The notes: a model not told the origin generated them from the letters alone. A stretch of 64,000 bases of DNA from an uncultured Holophagales bacterium (GCA_963842525.1 CAWJGT010000021.1:34716-98715), one strand, 5' to 3'. Counted from the first letter of the stretch, positions 9,753 through 19,981 are shown. Numbers and translations: made by a program.

Positions 9753-12700
9753 CTATCGGCCGTCCCCGATCAGCTCGAAGGCCGCCCAGTGGTAGGGGTG
9801 GGCGACCTTCGGGTCCCCGTTGTGCAACAGCTCGCGCTGGGCCTGCTGGAGGGCGCCGTCCTTCGGCTGGCCGGCGCGCAGCCGTGTGTAGAAGCGCCGC
9901 ATCAGCTCCGCGGTCGAACGGTCCGAGACGGACCACAGCGAGGCGAGGATCGAGCGCGCCCCGGCATACTGAAAGGCGCGGGTCAGGCCGATCAGCCCCT
10001 CGCCCGCGGCATCGCGCCCGAGGCCGGTCTCGCAGGCGGAGAGGGTGACCAGGTCGGCGTCGATGCGCAGCCGCTCGAAGATCTCCCATGCCTGGAGCAA
10101 CCCGTTGTCGTCCTGGTCGGCCCCGCCGGGGATGGACAGGGCGAGGGCGGAGTCGAGCGGGAAGCGGTGGTCGAGAAGGGCATGAGCGGCAAAGTGAACG
10201 ATGCGCGGCCTGGCCGGAAGGTGCTTGGCCCGCGCCTCGGTTGCCGCCGAGCCCAGATAGGCGACGGCGTTCGACCCGTACAGGGAGGTCAGGCTGCCGG
10301 CCTCCTCGCGGGACGCGGGGAGTGGGGGCAGGCCCCGGCGGTAGCGGGCCAGCGGCGACGCCAGGGGATCTGACGACGCGCCCGCGGCCGGCCGGTATCG
10401 CGGGTCCGCGAACGCTACCACCTCCGGGCCGGGCTCTGCAGGGCTGGATCGCTTCAGCTCCGCGTAGAGAGTCGCCGAGAGCACGCTGTGGAGGGGTTTC
10501 CACTCGGTCAGGAAAACGGGAGAGCTCCCAGGCCGGACGAGCGCCGCGAACGGCAGCGTCTGGAGCGGCCCGTCCGGAGAGATCAGCACCCGCCGGGAGC
10601 GGCCGATCCAGGGCACGGCCGGAGCGATCAGGAGATCCCAGAGCCGCCGGCCCTGAGCGAGCAGGGCCGGCTCGACCTCGGGGCTCTCGGTTCCGCGCAG
10701 GATCAGGCTGCGGAAGATGGAGACCTGCCGTTCAATCTCCTCTTCGCCGGCCGGCCGGCGGAAGACCTGGACCTCTTGGTCGGGGGTGACGACGAAGAGG
10801 AATGTGTCCTCCTCGGTGACGCAGTAGGAGAGCCAGACGGTCCCCGGGTCCAGGGCACGGCGGATGCCTTCGAGGTCGAGCGGCCGGGGATCGCGCAGGG
10901 ATGCGTAATGGGGAGATGCCTTGGCGATCCGGCCCGCCAGGACGGATCGCTCGTTGCGCAGCCGGGTCAGGCGGGCGAGCAGGGCCTCGAGGTCTTTCGT
11001 CTGGCGCGGATCGGCGTCGACGATCTCGTCCTGCGTCGTCTCGTAGTCGCCGTCGAGCCGCTGCTGCTGCTCGAGGAGTTGCACCGGGACATCGGTGCTG
11101 AAGACGAGGTCGCGCTCGGCGAGCATGGTAAGGAGAGAGCGTGCCCGCGAGCGCTCCAGGGTGTGCAGGGCTGCGGCTGGATTCCCCTGCTCGATCTGAA
11201 GCCGTATCAGATCCTTGTAGATCGAATCGTTCTTTGCCTGGAAGCTCGACCGCGACTCGTCCGAGCCGCCGAGGCGGCCGATCTGTGCCTCCAGGGCCTC
11301 GATCGCCTCGATGAGAAGGGGCTCGCTCTCGGCGGCACGTCCCGATTTCCAAAGGGCGACGCCGAGGTAATTGAGCGTCTCGGCCTCGCCCTGGCTTTTG
11401 GGGGCGATCCGGCGGAAGATCGCGAGCGCCTGCTGCAAGTAAGGCTCGGCCTCCGCATGCCTACCGGACCGGAAGGCGGCGTCTCCCAGGAATTGCAGGA
11501 CCTGCCCTTCATGAAGCGTTCCCGGCGCCGCCTGGCGCTGTATTGTGAGCGCCTCCCCGGCGAGGCGCCTGGCGGCGGCGCGATCGCCGCGATCCCAGGC
11601 AATCCTCCCCAGCATCGACAGGCTGACCGAGACGTCGGTGCTGACCGGAGAGAGCTGTCTGCGCAGGGCCAGGGCCTGGCGGGCGAAGCGTTCCGCCTCG
11701 TCGAGGCGCTTCCACTCCAGGGAGATGAAGGCGAGATTGCTCAGGGTCTTCGCCTCCTCGGCCGACCCTGGAACCTGCTCGCGCTGGATTGCCAGGGCGC
11801 GCCGGAACAGCGCGTCGGCCTCGGCATACTGGGAGCGCTCGCGCGCCAGGAGCCCCAGCCCCGCGAGGGTGACTGCGACCTGGCGGCCGTCCGGCGCGAT
11901 CTTCTCGAACCGGCGCAGGGCATCCCGCAGGTAGTCCTCGGCGAGCGCATAATCGCCGCGGTCCGTGGCGAGCGCCCCCAGATTGGCGAAGGTGCGGGCG
12001 ATTTCGGAGCTTCTCGGGGTCGAGCTTCTGCCAGAGGCGCACCGACTCCCTGAAATAGCGCTCTGCGGCCCTCGTGTCGCCGGTGGCGCGGGAGACGAGG
12101 CCCAGGTTGTTGAGCACGAGCGCCTCGTCGGTGCTGCCGGGAAACCGCTTCCGGATCAGACCCAACGCCTGCTCGTAGAGGCGCCGGGCCGCGGCCAGAT
12201 CATCCCGGTACCAGGCGTTGGTGGCGAGGTTGTTGAGGGTCGAGGCCTCGGCGAGGCTCCCGGGAGCGAGCTGCGACCGCAGGCGCAACGCCTGGCGGAG
12301 GGCCTTCTCGGAGGCGTCGATCTCGCCCCGCGACTGCTCGAGCCAGCCGATCGAGAGCCAGATGGACGCCTCGGACAGGCTTTCCGGAACGAGCTCCTGG
12401 CGCATCCGCAGCGTGGTGCGGAAAGCCTTTTCCGCCGCCGGGAAGTCGTCCTGGATCATGGAGGCGACCCCGCGCTGCTGGAGGATGTGGGCCAGGAAGA
12501 GCTTGCGGCCGTGGCGCCCGGCCTGCCGCGCCGCCTCCTCATAGGCGGCGTGCGCCTCGGGCCAGCGGCGCTCCTTGGCAAGGCTCTGCCCCCGCGCGAG
12601 CGCCACGCACTCCTCCTCCCCGGGACCGAGCGGGCGGACCGCGAATTCCCATTCCCCCGGGGGCATCTCGACCGTCAGGGCCTCCTTGCCGCGGACGAGG

Positions 12701-13008
12701 CGCAGCTCGACGGGTCCGCGAGCCGCCTGCTCGACCTCGATCGCCGGGAATTCCGTACAGGAACGGATCGGGCCGCCCGCTTCCTCGGGATGGGCCGGCG
12801 GCGCGGCCTTGCGCCGCCAGGAGAGGACGAGGTCCCCCGGGCGCAGACCGGCCCGCGCACCCGCTCCATTGGGTGTGACCGTCTCCACGGCGATCGCCGC
12901 CGGCCGGTCCGGCTCGCGGGAATTGCAGGACCAGGCCGTCAGGGCGAGAGACAGGGACAGAGCGGCCCTTATGGCGCCGGTGGGCGACCTCCAGAAAGAG
13001 TGGGGCAT
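9753..13008 (-). pseudogene. PDZ-TPR-CHAT domain protein (about 1085 aa) interrupted by one frameshift near 12008-12016
   Basis: The N-terminal ORF carries a lipobox-like signal, a PDZ-like domain and TPRs up to RLWQKLDPEK. The TPR sequence continues in another frame (SSEIARTFANLGALATDRGDY), which is the frame of ORF 9753-11615. The CHAT catalytic context is present (HFAAHALLD, TLSACETG). Confidence 0.8.
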
Positions 13009-13047
13009 ATGGCAACAGTGTAGCGAATCAGGTGGAACGTGGCGGCC

Positions 13048-15030
13048 TTACCGCGCGTACCCCAGCGACCGCAGCCGTTCGAGCGTGTAGGAATCGAGAT
13101 CGGCTTCCTCTCCGTCCCGGAGGCGCAGGACCTGGCGCGCGCGGCGGCCCTGCGCAGCGAAACCGGCGAGAAGTCTCCTCCCTGTCGCGATCTCGCCCTG
13201 CGCGAACGGCGCCAGATCGATCCGCTCGCCAGGATCGCGCTGCAGGTCGTAGAGCTCCTCGCGGCCGGTCATCTCCCAGCGGATGTACTTGAAACGGCCG
13301 AAGCGGACCGCCTGGCGGTCCTCGAAGCGGTTGAGGCCGAGGCTGACGAGGGGGGCGGGCGCGGGCGAGTTTCCCTGGAGGTGGGGGAGTAGCGAGGGCT
13401 CGGCCGGGTAGCCGGACGGCAGCGGCAGGCCGCAGAGGCCGAGCACGGTCGGCATCACGCTCGCCGTCGAGACGGGGAGGTCGACCGCGCCGGTCCGGAC
13501 CGAGCGGGGCAGCTTCAGGAGCAGCGGCACGTGGAGGAGCTCGTCATAGAGCGTGTGGCCGTGCCCGTAGGCGTCGTGCTCCCAGAATTCCTCGCCATGG
13601 TCGGAGAGGATGACGAGCAGCGTGTCCTCATAGAGGCCCAGCCGCTTCAGCTCGGCCACGAGCCGGCCGGCGAAGTCGTCGGCATAGCGCACCTCCCCCA
13701 GATAGAGCTGCCGGATCCACTCGCGCTCGGCAGGTGTAGGCACCCAGGTCCCGTCCCGGATCGCCTCCTCGTCCCACCCCTCGAAGCGCCACCAGCCGCC
13801 CGCAGGCGGTTGCCTCCCCGCCAGGTAGAGCCGTGGCGGTCCATACGGGGCATGGGGATCGAAGACGTGGACCCACAGGAAGAAGTCCTCGTCCCTGTGA
13901 GCCTGGAGCCAGCCGGCTGCATGCTCCGCCAGGTCCGGCGGCGGAGCCTCGTCCGGCCGAAAGCGGTCGACGTGGCGCCGGAGGAGACCGGCCCCAAAGG
14001 AGCGGCCGAGCCAGGGACCCGGGAAATGGCGGTACTCCTCGAATCCCTGATCGAGGCGCACGGCCGGGCCGAGGACGGTGCTCGAGACCAGGGCCGCCGT
14101 CCGATAACCCGACCGGCGCAGAACCTCGGCCAGGGTGACCAGCTCGTCCGGCACCCGGCTGCGGCTGTGGAGGGCCTGGTGGACCTGCGGCGCCACCCCG
14201 GTCATCACCGAGGCCATGGAGGGCAGCGTCCACGGTGCGGGAGAATAGGCCCGCCGAAAGACCACCGAGCCGCCCGCCAGCCCGTGCAGGCTCGGTGTAT
14301 GTGCCGCCGACACCGCATCGGCCCGCAGGGTGTCGATGCTGAGCACGACCACCCGCGGGACCGCGTGCCTCCGCCGGGATGCCCTCAGTACAGAACCGTC
14401 CTCCGAAGCCCAGGCGGCCAGCCAGGGTCCGGCGAGCGCGAGCACCGCGGCGCCGGCCAGCCAGGGCCGAGGGGAGAGGGGAGGGCGAAGCCGGACCAGG
14501 AGGACGATCGTCAGCACGGCCACGACGGCCAACCCGACCGCGGCGGCTGCGGGGGAGAGGCGATAGCGGCCGAGCCAGAGGGCCAGGAGAAGCTCGGCGC
14601 TGAGGAGGGGGGCGGCGAGGAGGACCTCACCCCCTGTCCCCCTCTCCCATCTCCCACCCACCCATCCCCGGGAGAGGGGGGACGTCGTTGATGCCTGTGT
14701 GGCGAGCTCGCGGAAAGGCTCCGCCTGCGTCCCCCCTCTCCCGGCGGGGGGTGGAAGGGAGATGGGAGAGGGGGACAGGGGGTGAGGTCTCCGGCCGAGC
14801 CGCACCACCACCGCCCCAATCAGACACACCACCAACACCATCCCCACCGTCACCCCCACCGCCCACACCACATGGACCCCGGACCTGAGCCCCCCAGGCG
14901 CCTCCTTCCAGAGGCTCCACGCCACGTCCAGGCAGCCGGCCGTGAGAGCCAGGCTGAGGCCGGCCGTCACGGCCCAACCGGGGAGAGCCAGGCGGCGGCG
15001 AGGAGGGTCGGCGGGACGGGTCGCGCTCAT
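13048..15030 (-). CDS. Membrane-anchored sulfatase-like hydrolase/transferase (alkaline-phosphatase superfamily)
   Basis: N-terminal TM helices are followed by VVVLSIDTLRADA, APWTLPSMASVMTG and ILSDHGEEFWEHDAYGHGHTLYDE. A palindromic repeat lies in the N-terminal coding region (see 14623-14789). Confidence 0.8.
   Translation of the reverse strand: MSATRPADPPRRRLALPGWAVTAGLSLALTAGCLDVAWSLWKEAPGGLRSGVHVVWAVGVTVGMVLVVCLIGAVVVRLGRRPHPLSPSPISLPPPAGRGGTQAEPFRELATQASTTSPLSRGWVGGRWERGTGGEVLLAAPLLSAELLLALWLGRYRLSPAAAAVGLAVVAVLTIVLLVRLRPPLSPRPWLAGAAVLALAGPWLAAWASEDGSVLRASRRRHAVPRVVVLSIDTLRADAVSAAHTPSLHGLAGGSVVFRRAYSPAPWTLPSMASVMTGVAPQVHQALHSRSRVPDELVTLAEVLRRSGYRTAALVSSTVLGPAVRLDQGFEEYRHFPGPWLGRSFGAGLLRRHVDRFRPDEAPPPDLAEHAAGWLQAHRDEDFFLWVHVFDPHAPYGPPRLYLAGRQPPAGGWWRFEGWDEEAIRDGTWVPTPAEREWIRQLYLGEVRYADDFAGRLVAELKRLGLYEDTLLVILSDHGEEFWEHDAYGHGHTLYDELLHVPLLLKLPRSVRTGAVDLPVSTASVMPTVLGLCGLPLPSGYPAEPSLLPHLQGNSPAPAPLVSLGLNRFEDRQAVRFGRFKYIRWEMTGREELYDLQRDPGERIDLAPFAQGEIATGRRLLAGFAAQGRRARQVLRLRDGEEADLDSYTLERLRSLGYAR
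14623..14789. repeat. 167-bp palindromic element of the CCCCTCTCCC...GGGAGAGGGG family, located inside a CDS
   Basis: The left arm is gacctcaccccctgtccccctctcccatctccc. The right arm is its reverse complement. The arms are about 60 nt with a roughly 48-nt centre. Confidence 0.85.
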
Positions 15031-15043
15031 GCGCGTCTAGAAT

Positions 15044-15646
15044 ATGCCCATGAAGACCCTCGTTTCGATCCGTTCGACCCTCCCGACCCTCCTCCTTGCA
15101 GCAGTCCTGGCCGGCTGTGCCGGCACCACCGGCCCCCGCGCCGGAGCCGCCGCCGGGCGCGCCCCCGACGTCGAGCAGGCAGCCCTCCGCAACGACGTCC
15201 ACCTCGCCCTGCTGGACAAATTCGGCTCGGAAGCCCTGGGCATCGCCGTCAAGGTCGACGGCGACCGCGCCTTACTGAGCGGCGAGGTGCCCAGCCGTTC
15301 GACCCAGGAGCTGGCCGAAGAGGTCGCCCTCTCGGTCCGTGGCATCCGTCGCGTCGACAACCTCCTCACCGTGGACGCGGATGCGAGCAACCTGGCGACG
15401 CCGGCCGGCCGGGCGGTCGACAACGCCGACTCCGAGGTCCGCGATGCCGCCCTGGAGATGCGGGTGGGCCAGCGGCTGCTCTCGGAGATCGGCCGCTACG
15501 CGTTGGATCTGGAGATCGAGGTGACTGACGGCGTCGTCAGCCTGCGCGGGAAGGTGCCGGACGACGAACGCCGGCGTCTCGCTCTCGCCACTGCGGAGAA
15601 GACGCCGGGCGTCAAGCAGGTCATCAATTTACTGCAAGTGCAGTAG
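15044..15646 (+). CDS. BON domain-containing lipoprotein (two BON domains, OsmY-like)
   Basis: It has a lipobox (LLAAVLAGCAG). Two repeats have BON character (VKVDGDRALLSGEVPS, IEVTDGVVSLRGKVPD, GVKQVINLLQV). Confidence 0.8.
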   Translation: MPMKTLVSIRSTLPTLLLAAVLAGCAGTTGPRAGAAAGRAPDVEQAALRNDVHLALLDKFGSEALGIAVKVDGDRALLSGEVPSRSTQELAEEVALSVRGIRRVDNLLTVDADASNLATPAGRAVDNADSEVRDAALEMRVGQRLLSEIGRYALDLEIEVTDGVVSLRGKVPDDERRRLALATAEKTPGVKQVINLLQVQ

Positions 15647-16457
15647 TGGTGGAGCCGCCGCCGCCCGGGACCGGGCAGCTCGCCTGGGAGGCGGTGCGGA
15701 GCCAGTCCTCGTTGCCGGAGTAGGAGAAGACGAAGCTCCCGCCTTTGATCGTGTCGATCACCCGCGGCGCCATCTCCTGGGACAGCGCCGGGCAGCCCCA
15801 GCTCCGTCCGAGCCGGCCCTGGTTGCGGGCGTGCTCGGCGCTGACATACCAGGCGCCGTGCATCACGATGTAGCGGGCCTCGGCCCTGTCGTTGATGCCC
15901 TCGTCCAGGCCCCGGAGCTTCATCGAGTAGCCGTTGCCCCCTTCGTAGGTGCCGCCCGTCAGGAACAGGCCGAGGCTCGTCTGGTGGCTGTCGTTGAGGT
16001 TCGAGAAGCGGGTGGCGTAGTTGTCGCCGCTCCCGCGCCCGTGCGCCACCAGCTCATGGAAGAGCACCTCACCCTTCTCCAGGTCGAGCACCCAGAGCCG
16101 CGGCTTCGTCGACGGCAGGGAGTAGTCGATGATCGTCAGCAGGTCGTCCTTGCCGGACGTGCCGCGGGCGCGCGCACAGGAGACCGCGTCGAGAGCCATC
16201 GCGAGCACCTTCGGCGACAGCCCCTGGGCCTTGTCCTGGAAATTATTGAAGACCGCTGGCACCGTCTTTGCTACGACTAGAGCTGGAGCCGCGGACGTCT
16301 TCACGGCTACAGGCTTGACGGTCTTGGGTGCCGGAGCGGCGTCCGCCGGGGTGGAGAGGTTCTTGGTCGCACCGGCGGCGATCAGGGTCAGGGCGATGGC
16401 GGGGAGGCAGAGCCCCCGACCCAGGGAGCGCAGTTTTGTCGAGCTCTTTGTATGCAT
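15624..16457 (-). CDS. L,D-transpeptidase catalytic-domain family protein (YkuD_2-like)
   Basis: Matching motifs are LLTIIDYSLPSTKPRLWVLDL, LVAHGRGSGDNYATRFSN, YIVMHGAWYV and GRLGRSWGCPAL. Only the last 277 aa of the 881-aa track ORF are credible, starting at the ATG at 16457. Confidence 0.85.
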   Translation of the reverse strand: MHTKSSTKLRSLGRGLCLPAIALTLIAAGATKNLSTPADAAPAPKTVKPVAVKTSAAPALVVAKTVPAVFNNFQDKAQGLSPKVLAMALDAVSCARARGTSGKDDLLTIIDYSLPSTKPRLWVLDLEKGEVLFHELVAHGRGSGDNYATRFSNLNDSHQTSLGLFLTGGTYEGGNGYSMKLRGLDEGINDRAEARYIVMHGAWYVSAEHARNQGRLGRSWGCPALSQEMAPRVIDTIKGGSFVFSYSGNEDWLRTASQASCPVPGGGGSTTTALAVN

Positions 16458-16631
16458 CACGTGAAGTATGCCCTCCGAAAAGTCTCTTGTACAGCCTGCC
16501 CTGCCGGGCTCGTCCAATTGTGCGGACTCTCTACAACGCTCCCTTCCTACGGGAAATTCCAGTCGCCGCGATCGGCACGCGTCCTGCAAATCCTTCAAGG
16601 AGTCAGGTGGAAAACCGCCAGGAGGTACAAC

Positions 16632-17354
16632 ATGACCCATAGAAATATTCCCTCGATCAGCCTCTTCGCAGCGCTCGTTGCTGCTCTTCTCTTCACCGCC
16701 TGCGGCTCCTCGGGGATCGGCGACATCCTCGGCAGCCCCCGGGACGACAGCCAAAGCTCGTACCCCGGCAGCGTCGGCGATGTGCGCGGTACCGTGGAGC
16801 GCGTGGACACCCGGGACCGTTTCATCGTCGTGAACGGCGAGGAAGGCTACCGGAGCAACCTGCGCAACGGCAATGACGAAATTATCGTCTATTACGACAA
16901 CAACACAACGGTGCGGCACGATGGCCGGACCTACCGGCCGGAGGATCTGGAGCGCGGCGACCGCATCGAGATCGACGTCGACCAGAGCGGCAGCCGCCTG
17001 CTCGCCCAGGACATCCAGGTCGTCTACGACGCGACGGCCGGCAGCGGGACGGGCTCCTCGCAGGATGACTACCAGACGATCTCCGAGCTGCGGGGCACCG
17101 TCCGCTATGTCGACACCCGGGCCCGCACGCTGGAGATCGAGCCGCGGAGCAGCTCCTTCTCCACGGGGTCGTCGGACATCGTGACCGTGCGCTACGACAC
17201 CTCCACCACCGTCGAGTTCGAGGGGCGCAGCTACCAGCCCGAGAACCTCGAAAGGGGTGACGAGGTGGAGATCGAGGTGCGTGACCTCAACGGCCAACTG
17301 CTCGCCGAGCAGATCCTGGTGGTCGGCGAGGGCCGGTCGACCGGCCGCCGCTGA
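16632..17354 (+). CDS. Lipoprotein with two internal repeats of about 95 aa, function unknown
   Basis: A GGAGG sits 6 nt upstream of the ATG at 16632 and there is a lipobox (LLFTACGS). The repeats are RGTVERVDTRDR...YRPEDLERGDRIEIDV and RGTVRYVDTRAR...YQPENLERGDEVEIEV. Confidence 0.7.
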   Translation: MTHRNIPSISLFAALVAALLFTACGSSGIGDILGSPRDDSQSSYPGSVGDVRGTVERVDTRDRFIVVNGEEGYRSNLRNGNDEIIVYYDNNTTVRHDGRTYRPEDLERGDRIEIDVDQSGSRLLAQDIQVVYDATAGSGTGSSQDDYQTISELRGTVRYVDTRARTLEIEPRSSSFSTGSSDIVTVRYDTSTTVEFEGRSYQPENLERGDEVEIEVRDLNGQLLAEQILVVGEGRSTGRR

Positions 17355-17355
17355 A

Positions 17356-17496
17356 CCCTCTCCCCAACCCCTCTCCCGCGCGTCCACCACCTCCCGCCCC
17401 GAGCGGGAGAGGGGCGCGCTCTTCTCCTTTTCCCCCTCTCCCGTTCGGGGGTGGCGGAGACGAGGGACGCACGGGAGAGGGGGTAGGGGGTGAGGG
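17356..17496. repeat. Two units of the CCCCTCTCCC...GGGAGAGGGG palindromic element family (intergenic)
   Basis: One unit is cccctctcccgcgcgtccaccacctcccgccccgagcgggagagggg. The other is ccccctctcccgttcgggggtggcggagacgagggacgcacgggagaggggg. The first unit is nearly identical to the unit at 37887-37967. Confidence 0.8.
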
Positions 17497-17534
17497 CGCT
17501 GCCGGCAGCGCCAAGCTGCTAAGATCCGCCCGCC

Positions 17535-18326
17535 ATGGGTGTCCTCCAGAAGAACAACGTCAAGCTGTCGGGGCGGGAGACGGGCCAGGCGATGCTCTTC
17601 GCCCATGGCTTCGGCTGCGACCAGAACATGTGGCGGTTCGTCGCGCCCGCCTTCGAGGGCGAATACAGGATCGTCCTCTTCGACCATGTCGGCGCCGGCG
17701 GCTCGGACCTCTCGGCCTGGAACCGCGTCCGGTACGATTCGCTGCAAGGCTACGTCGACGACGTGCTGGAGATCTGCCGCGAGCTGGAGCTGACGCAGGC
17801 GGTCTTCGTCGGGCACTCGGTCAGCGCCATGATCGGCGTGCTCGCGGCGATCCAGGAGCCTGACCGGTTCGAGAAGCTGATCCTGATCGGGCCTTCGCCC
17901 CGCTATATCGACGACGGAGACTACGTCGGCGGGTTCAGCCGGGAGGACATCGAAGGGTTGCTCGAGTCGCTCGACAGCAACTACCTGGGCTGGTCGAGCG
18001 CCATGGCCCCGGTGATCATGGGAAACCCCGACCGGCCCGAGCTCGGGTCGGAGCTGACCAACAGTTTCTGCCGCACCAACCCCGAGATCGCGCGGCACTT
18101 CGCTCGTGTCACCTTCCTCTCCGACAACCGGGCCGACCTCTCCAGGGTCCAGGCCCGCTCGCTGATCCTCCAGTGCTCCGAGGACGCCATCGCCCCGCAG
18201 TCGGTGGGGGAGTACGTGCACCGGCAGATTCCCGGCAGCGAGCTGGTGCTGATGACGGCGACCGGGCATTGCCCGAACCTGAGCGCTCCCGAGGAGACCA
18301 TCGCGGCGATCCAGGCATTCCTGTAG
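17535..18326 (+). CDS. rsbQ: RsbQ/KAI2/D14-family alpha/beta hydrolase
   Basis: It is collinear with Bacillus RsbQ as I recall it (FAHGFGCDQNMWRF, nucleophile elbow GHSVSAM, TGHCPNLS). A Ser-Asp-His triad is plausible. Confidence 0.85.
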   Translation: MGVLQKNNVKLSGRETGQAMLFAHGFGCDQNMWRFVAPAFEGEYRIVLFDHVGAGGSDLSAWNRVRYDSLQGYVDDVLEICRELELTQAVFVGHSVSAMIGVLAAIQEPDRFEKLILIGPSPRYIDDGDYVGGFSREDIEGLLESLDSNYLGWSSAMAPVIMGNPDRPELGSELTNSFCRTNPEIARHFARVTFLSDNRADLSRVQARSLILQCSEDAIAPQSVGEYVHRQIPGSELVLMTATGHCPNLSAPEETIAAIQAFL

Positions 18327-18337
18327 CTGGTGGCGCC

Positions 18338-19916
18338 TTGTCAGGTCACGACGAAGCTCCCGATGCCCCGCCTGCGACGCTGCTCGAGGAAAGCGCCGAG
18401 GACCTCTACGAAAACGCCCCCTGCGGCTATATCTCGGCTCTGCCGGGTGGGCTCATCGTCCGGGCCAACCAGACGTTCCTGACCTGGATGGGCTACCGGC
18501 GGGAGGATCTCGTCGGCCGCAGGCGGTTCCAGGATCTGCTCACCGCCGGAGGCAGGATCTTCCACGAGACGCACTACGCTCCCCTGCTGCAGATGCAGGG
18601 GAGCGTGCGGGAGATCGCGGTCGAGATGGTCTGTGCGGACGGCCGCCGGCTGCCGGCGCTGATCAACTCGGTGCTCCGGAGAGACGAGGCGGGAAAGCCG
18701 CTGCTGGTCCGCACCACCGTCTTCAACGCCACCGACCGCAAGGAGTACGAGCGCGAGCTGCTGCGCGAGCGGCAGAAGGCCGAGCAGACGACCCAGGCCA
18801 TGGCGGACTTCATCTCGATGCTCAGCCATGAGATCCGTACGCCGCTCAGCGCCATCATGGGGGTCGGGCCTTTCCTCGGGCTGACCGAGCTGTCGCCGCA
18901 GCAGCAGAAGCTCGTCCGTATCCTCCGGTCGTCTTCGGAGAACCTGCTGAACCTGGTCAACCAGATCCTCGATTTCGGAAAGATCGAAGCCGGCAAGGTG
19001 TCCCTGGAGGAGAGGAGCTTCGATCTCCGCCAGCTCGTCTACGGGATCCTCGACGGCCTCCGGATCAAGACGAAGGAGGGAGTGGCTCTCGAGGCGCACA
19101 TCGACGAGCGGGTGCCGAACCAGCTCCTGGGCGATCCGGTCAAGATCGGGCAGGTGCTCACCAACCTCCTGGCCAACGCGATCAAGTTCACCCCCCAGGG
19201 ATCGGTGACAGTGACGCTCCAGGTCCGCGAGCTGATCGCGGACGGCGTGTCGATCGAGCTTCCGGGTCGCCGACACCGGGATCGGGATCGCCGCGGACCG
19301 GCTGCCCCACATCTTCGACGACTTCACCCAGGCCAGCTACGACATCGGTATGAAATACGGCGGCACCGGCCTCGGGCTGGCCATCAGCAAAAAGCTTGTG
19401 GAGATGCACGGCAGCCGGATCACCGTGGAGAGCGAGTTGGGGCAGGGGACGACCTTCCGCTTCGACCTGCGCCTGAAGATCCCACCCGCTGCCGCTGAGC
19501 CCGCCGTGCCCGCCAACGCGGAAGGCGAGCCCCTCAAGGGACTGAGGGTCCTGGTGGCGGACGACAACGAGGTCAACCTGTTCGTGCTCACCGGATTCCT
19601 GCGAAGCTGGGGTGTCGAGCCCGACGTCGTAGCGACCGGGAGACAGGCCGTCGAGCGTATCCAGGAGAAGGATTACGACCTGGTGCTGATGGACCTGTCG
19701 ATGCCCGAGCTGGACGGCTACGCCGCCACACGGCAGATCCGCTGCCTGCCCGACCCGAGGTTCCGGCAATTGCCGATTTTCGCAGTCTCGGCCTCGATCC
19801 GGATGGACCCGCAGCACGAGATCGAGGAGGCAGGCTTCACAGATTTCGTCGGCAAGCCGGTCAGCCCCGACATCCTCTTCGCGAAGATCGTCCGCCACAT
19901 ATCTCGGATGCACTAG
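18338..19916 (+). pseudogene. PAS-sensor hybrid histidine kinase with C-terminal receiver domain; frame break near 19258
   Basis: It has a PAS domain (NAPCGYISALPGGLIVRANQTFLTWMGYRREDL) and an H-box (SHEIRTPL). At gagcttccgg the frame shifts to FRVADTGIGIAADRLPHIFDDFTQ...GGTGLGLAI. A REC domain follows (VLVADDNEVN, LVLMDLSMPELDG). The TTG start at 18338 is inferred. Confidence 0.8.
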
Positions 19917-19927
19917 CTCCTGTGCTG

Positions 19928-19981
19928 ATTTGTCCTTCCCAAAAGGACAAATATCGACTAAACTGTCCTTCATGGAAGGAC
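19928..19981. promoter_or_regulatory. Two GTCCTT/AAGGAC palindromes, the second centred on the ATPase start codon
   Basis: One is atttgtcctt-cccaa-aaggacaaat (19928-19952). The other is gtccttc-ATG-gaaggac (19965-19981). Both lie in a low-GC patch. Confidence 0.45.

Noticed and set aside
15624-18269. An 881-aa minus-strand ORF spans the RsbQ and lipoprotein loci.
   Set aside because: Only the last 277 aa (from the ATG at 16457) resemble a real protein (L,D-transpeptidase-like). The upstream 600 aa are antisense to two well-supported plus-strand genes.
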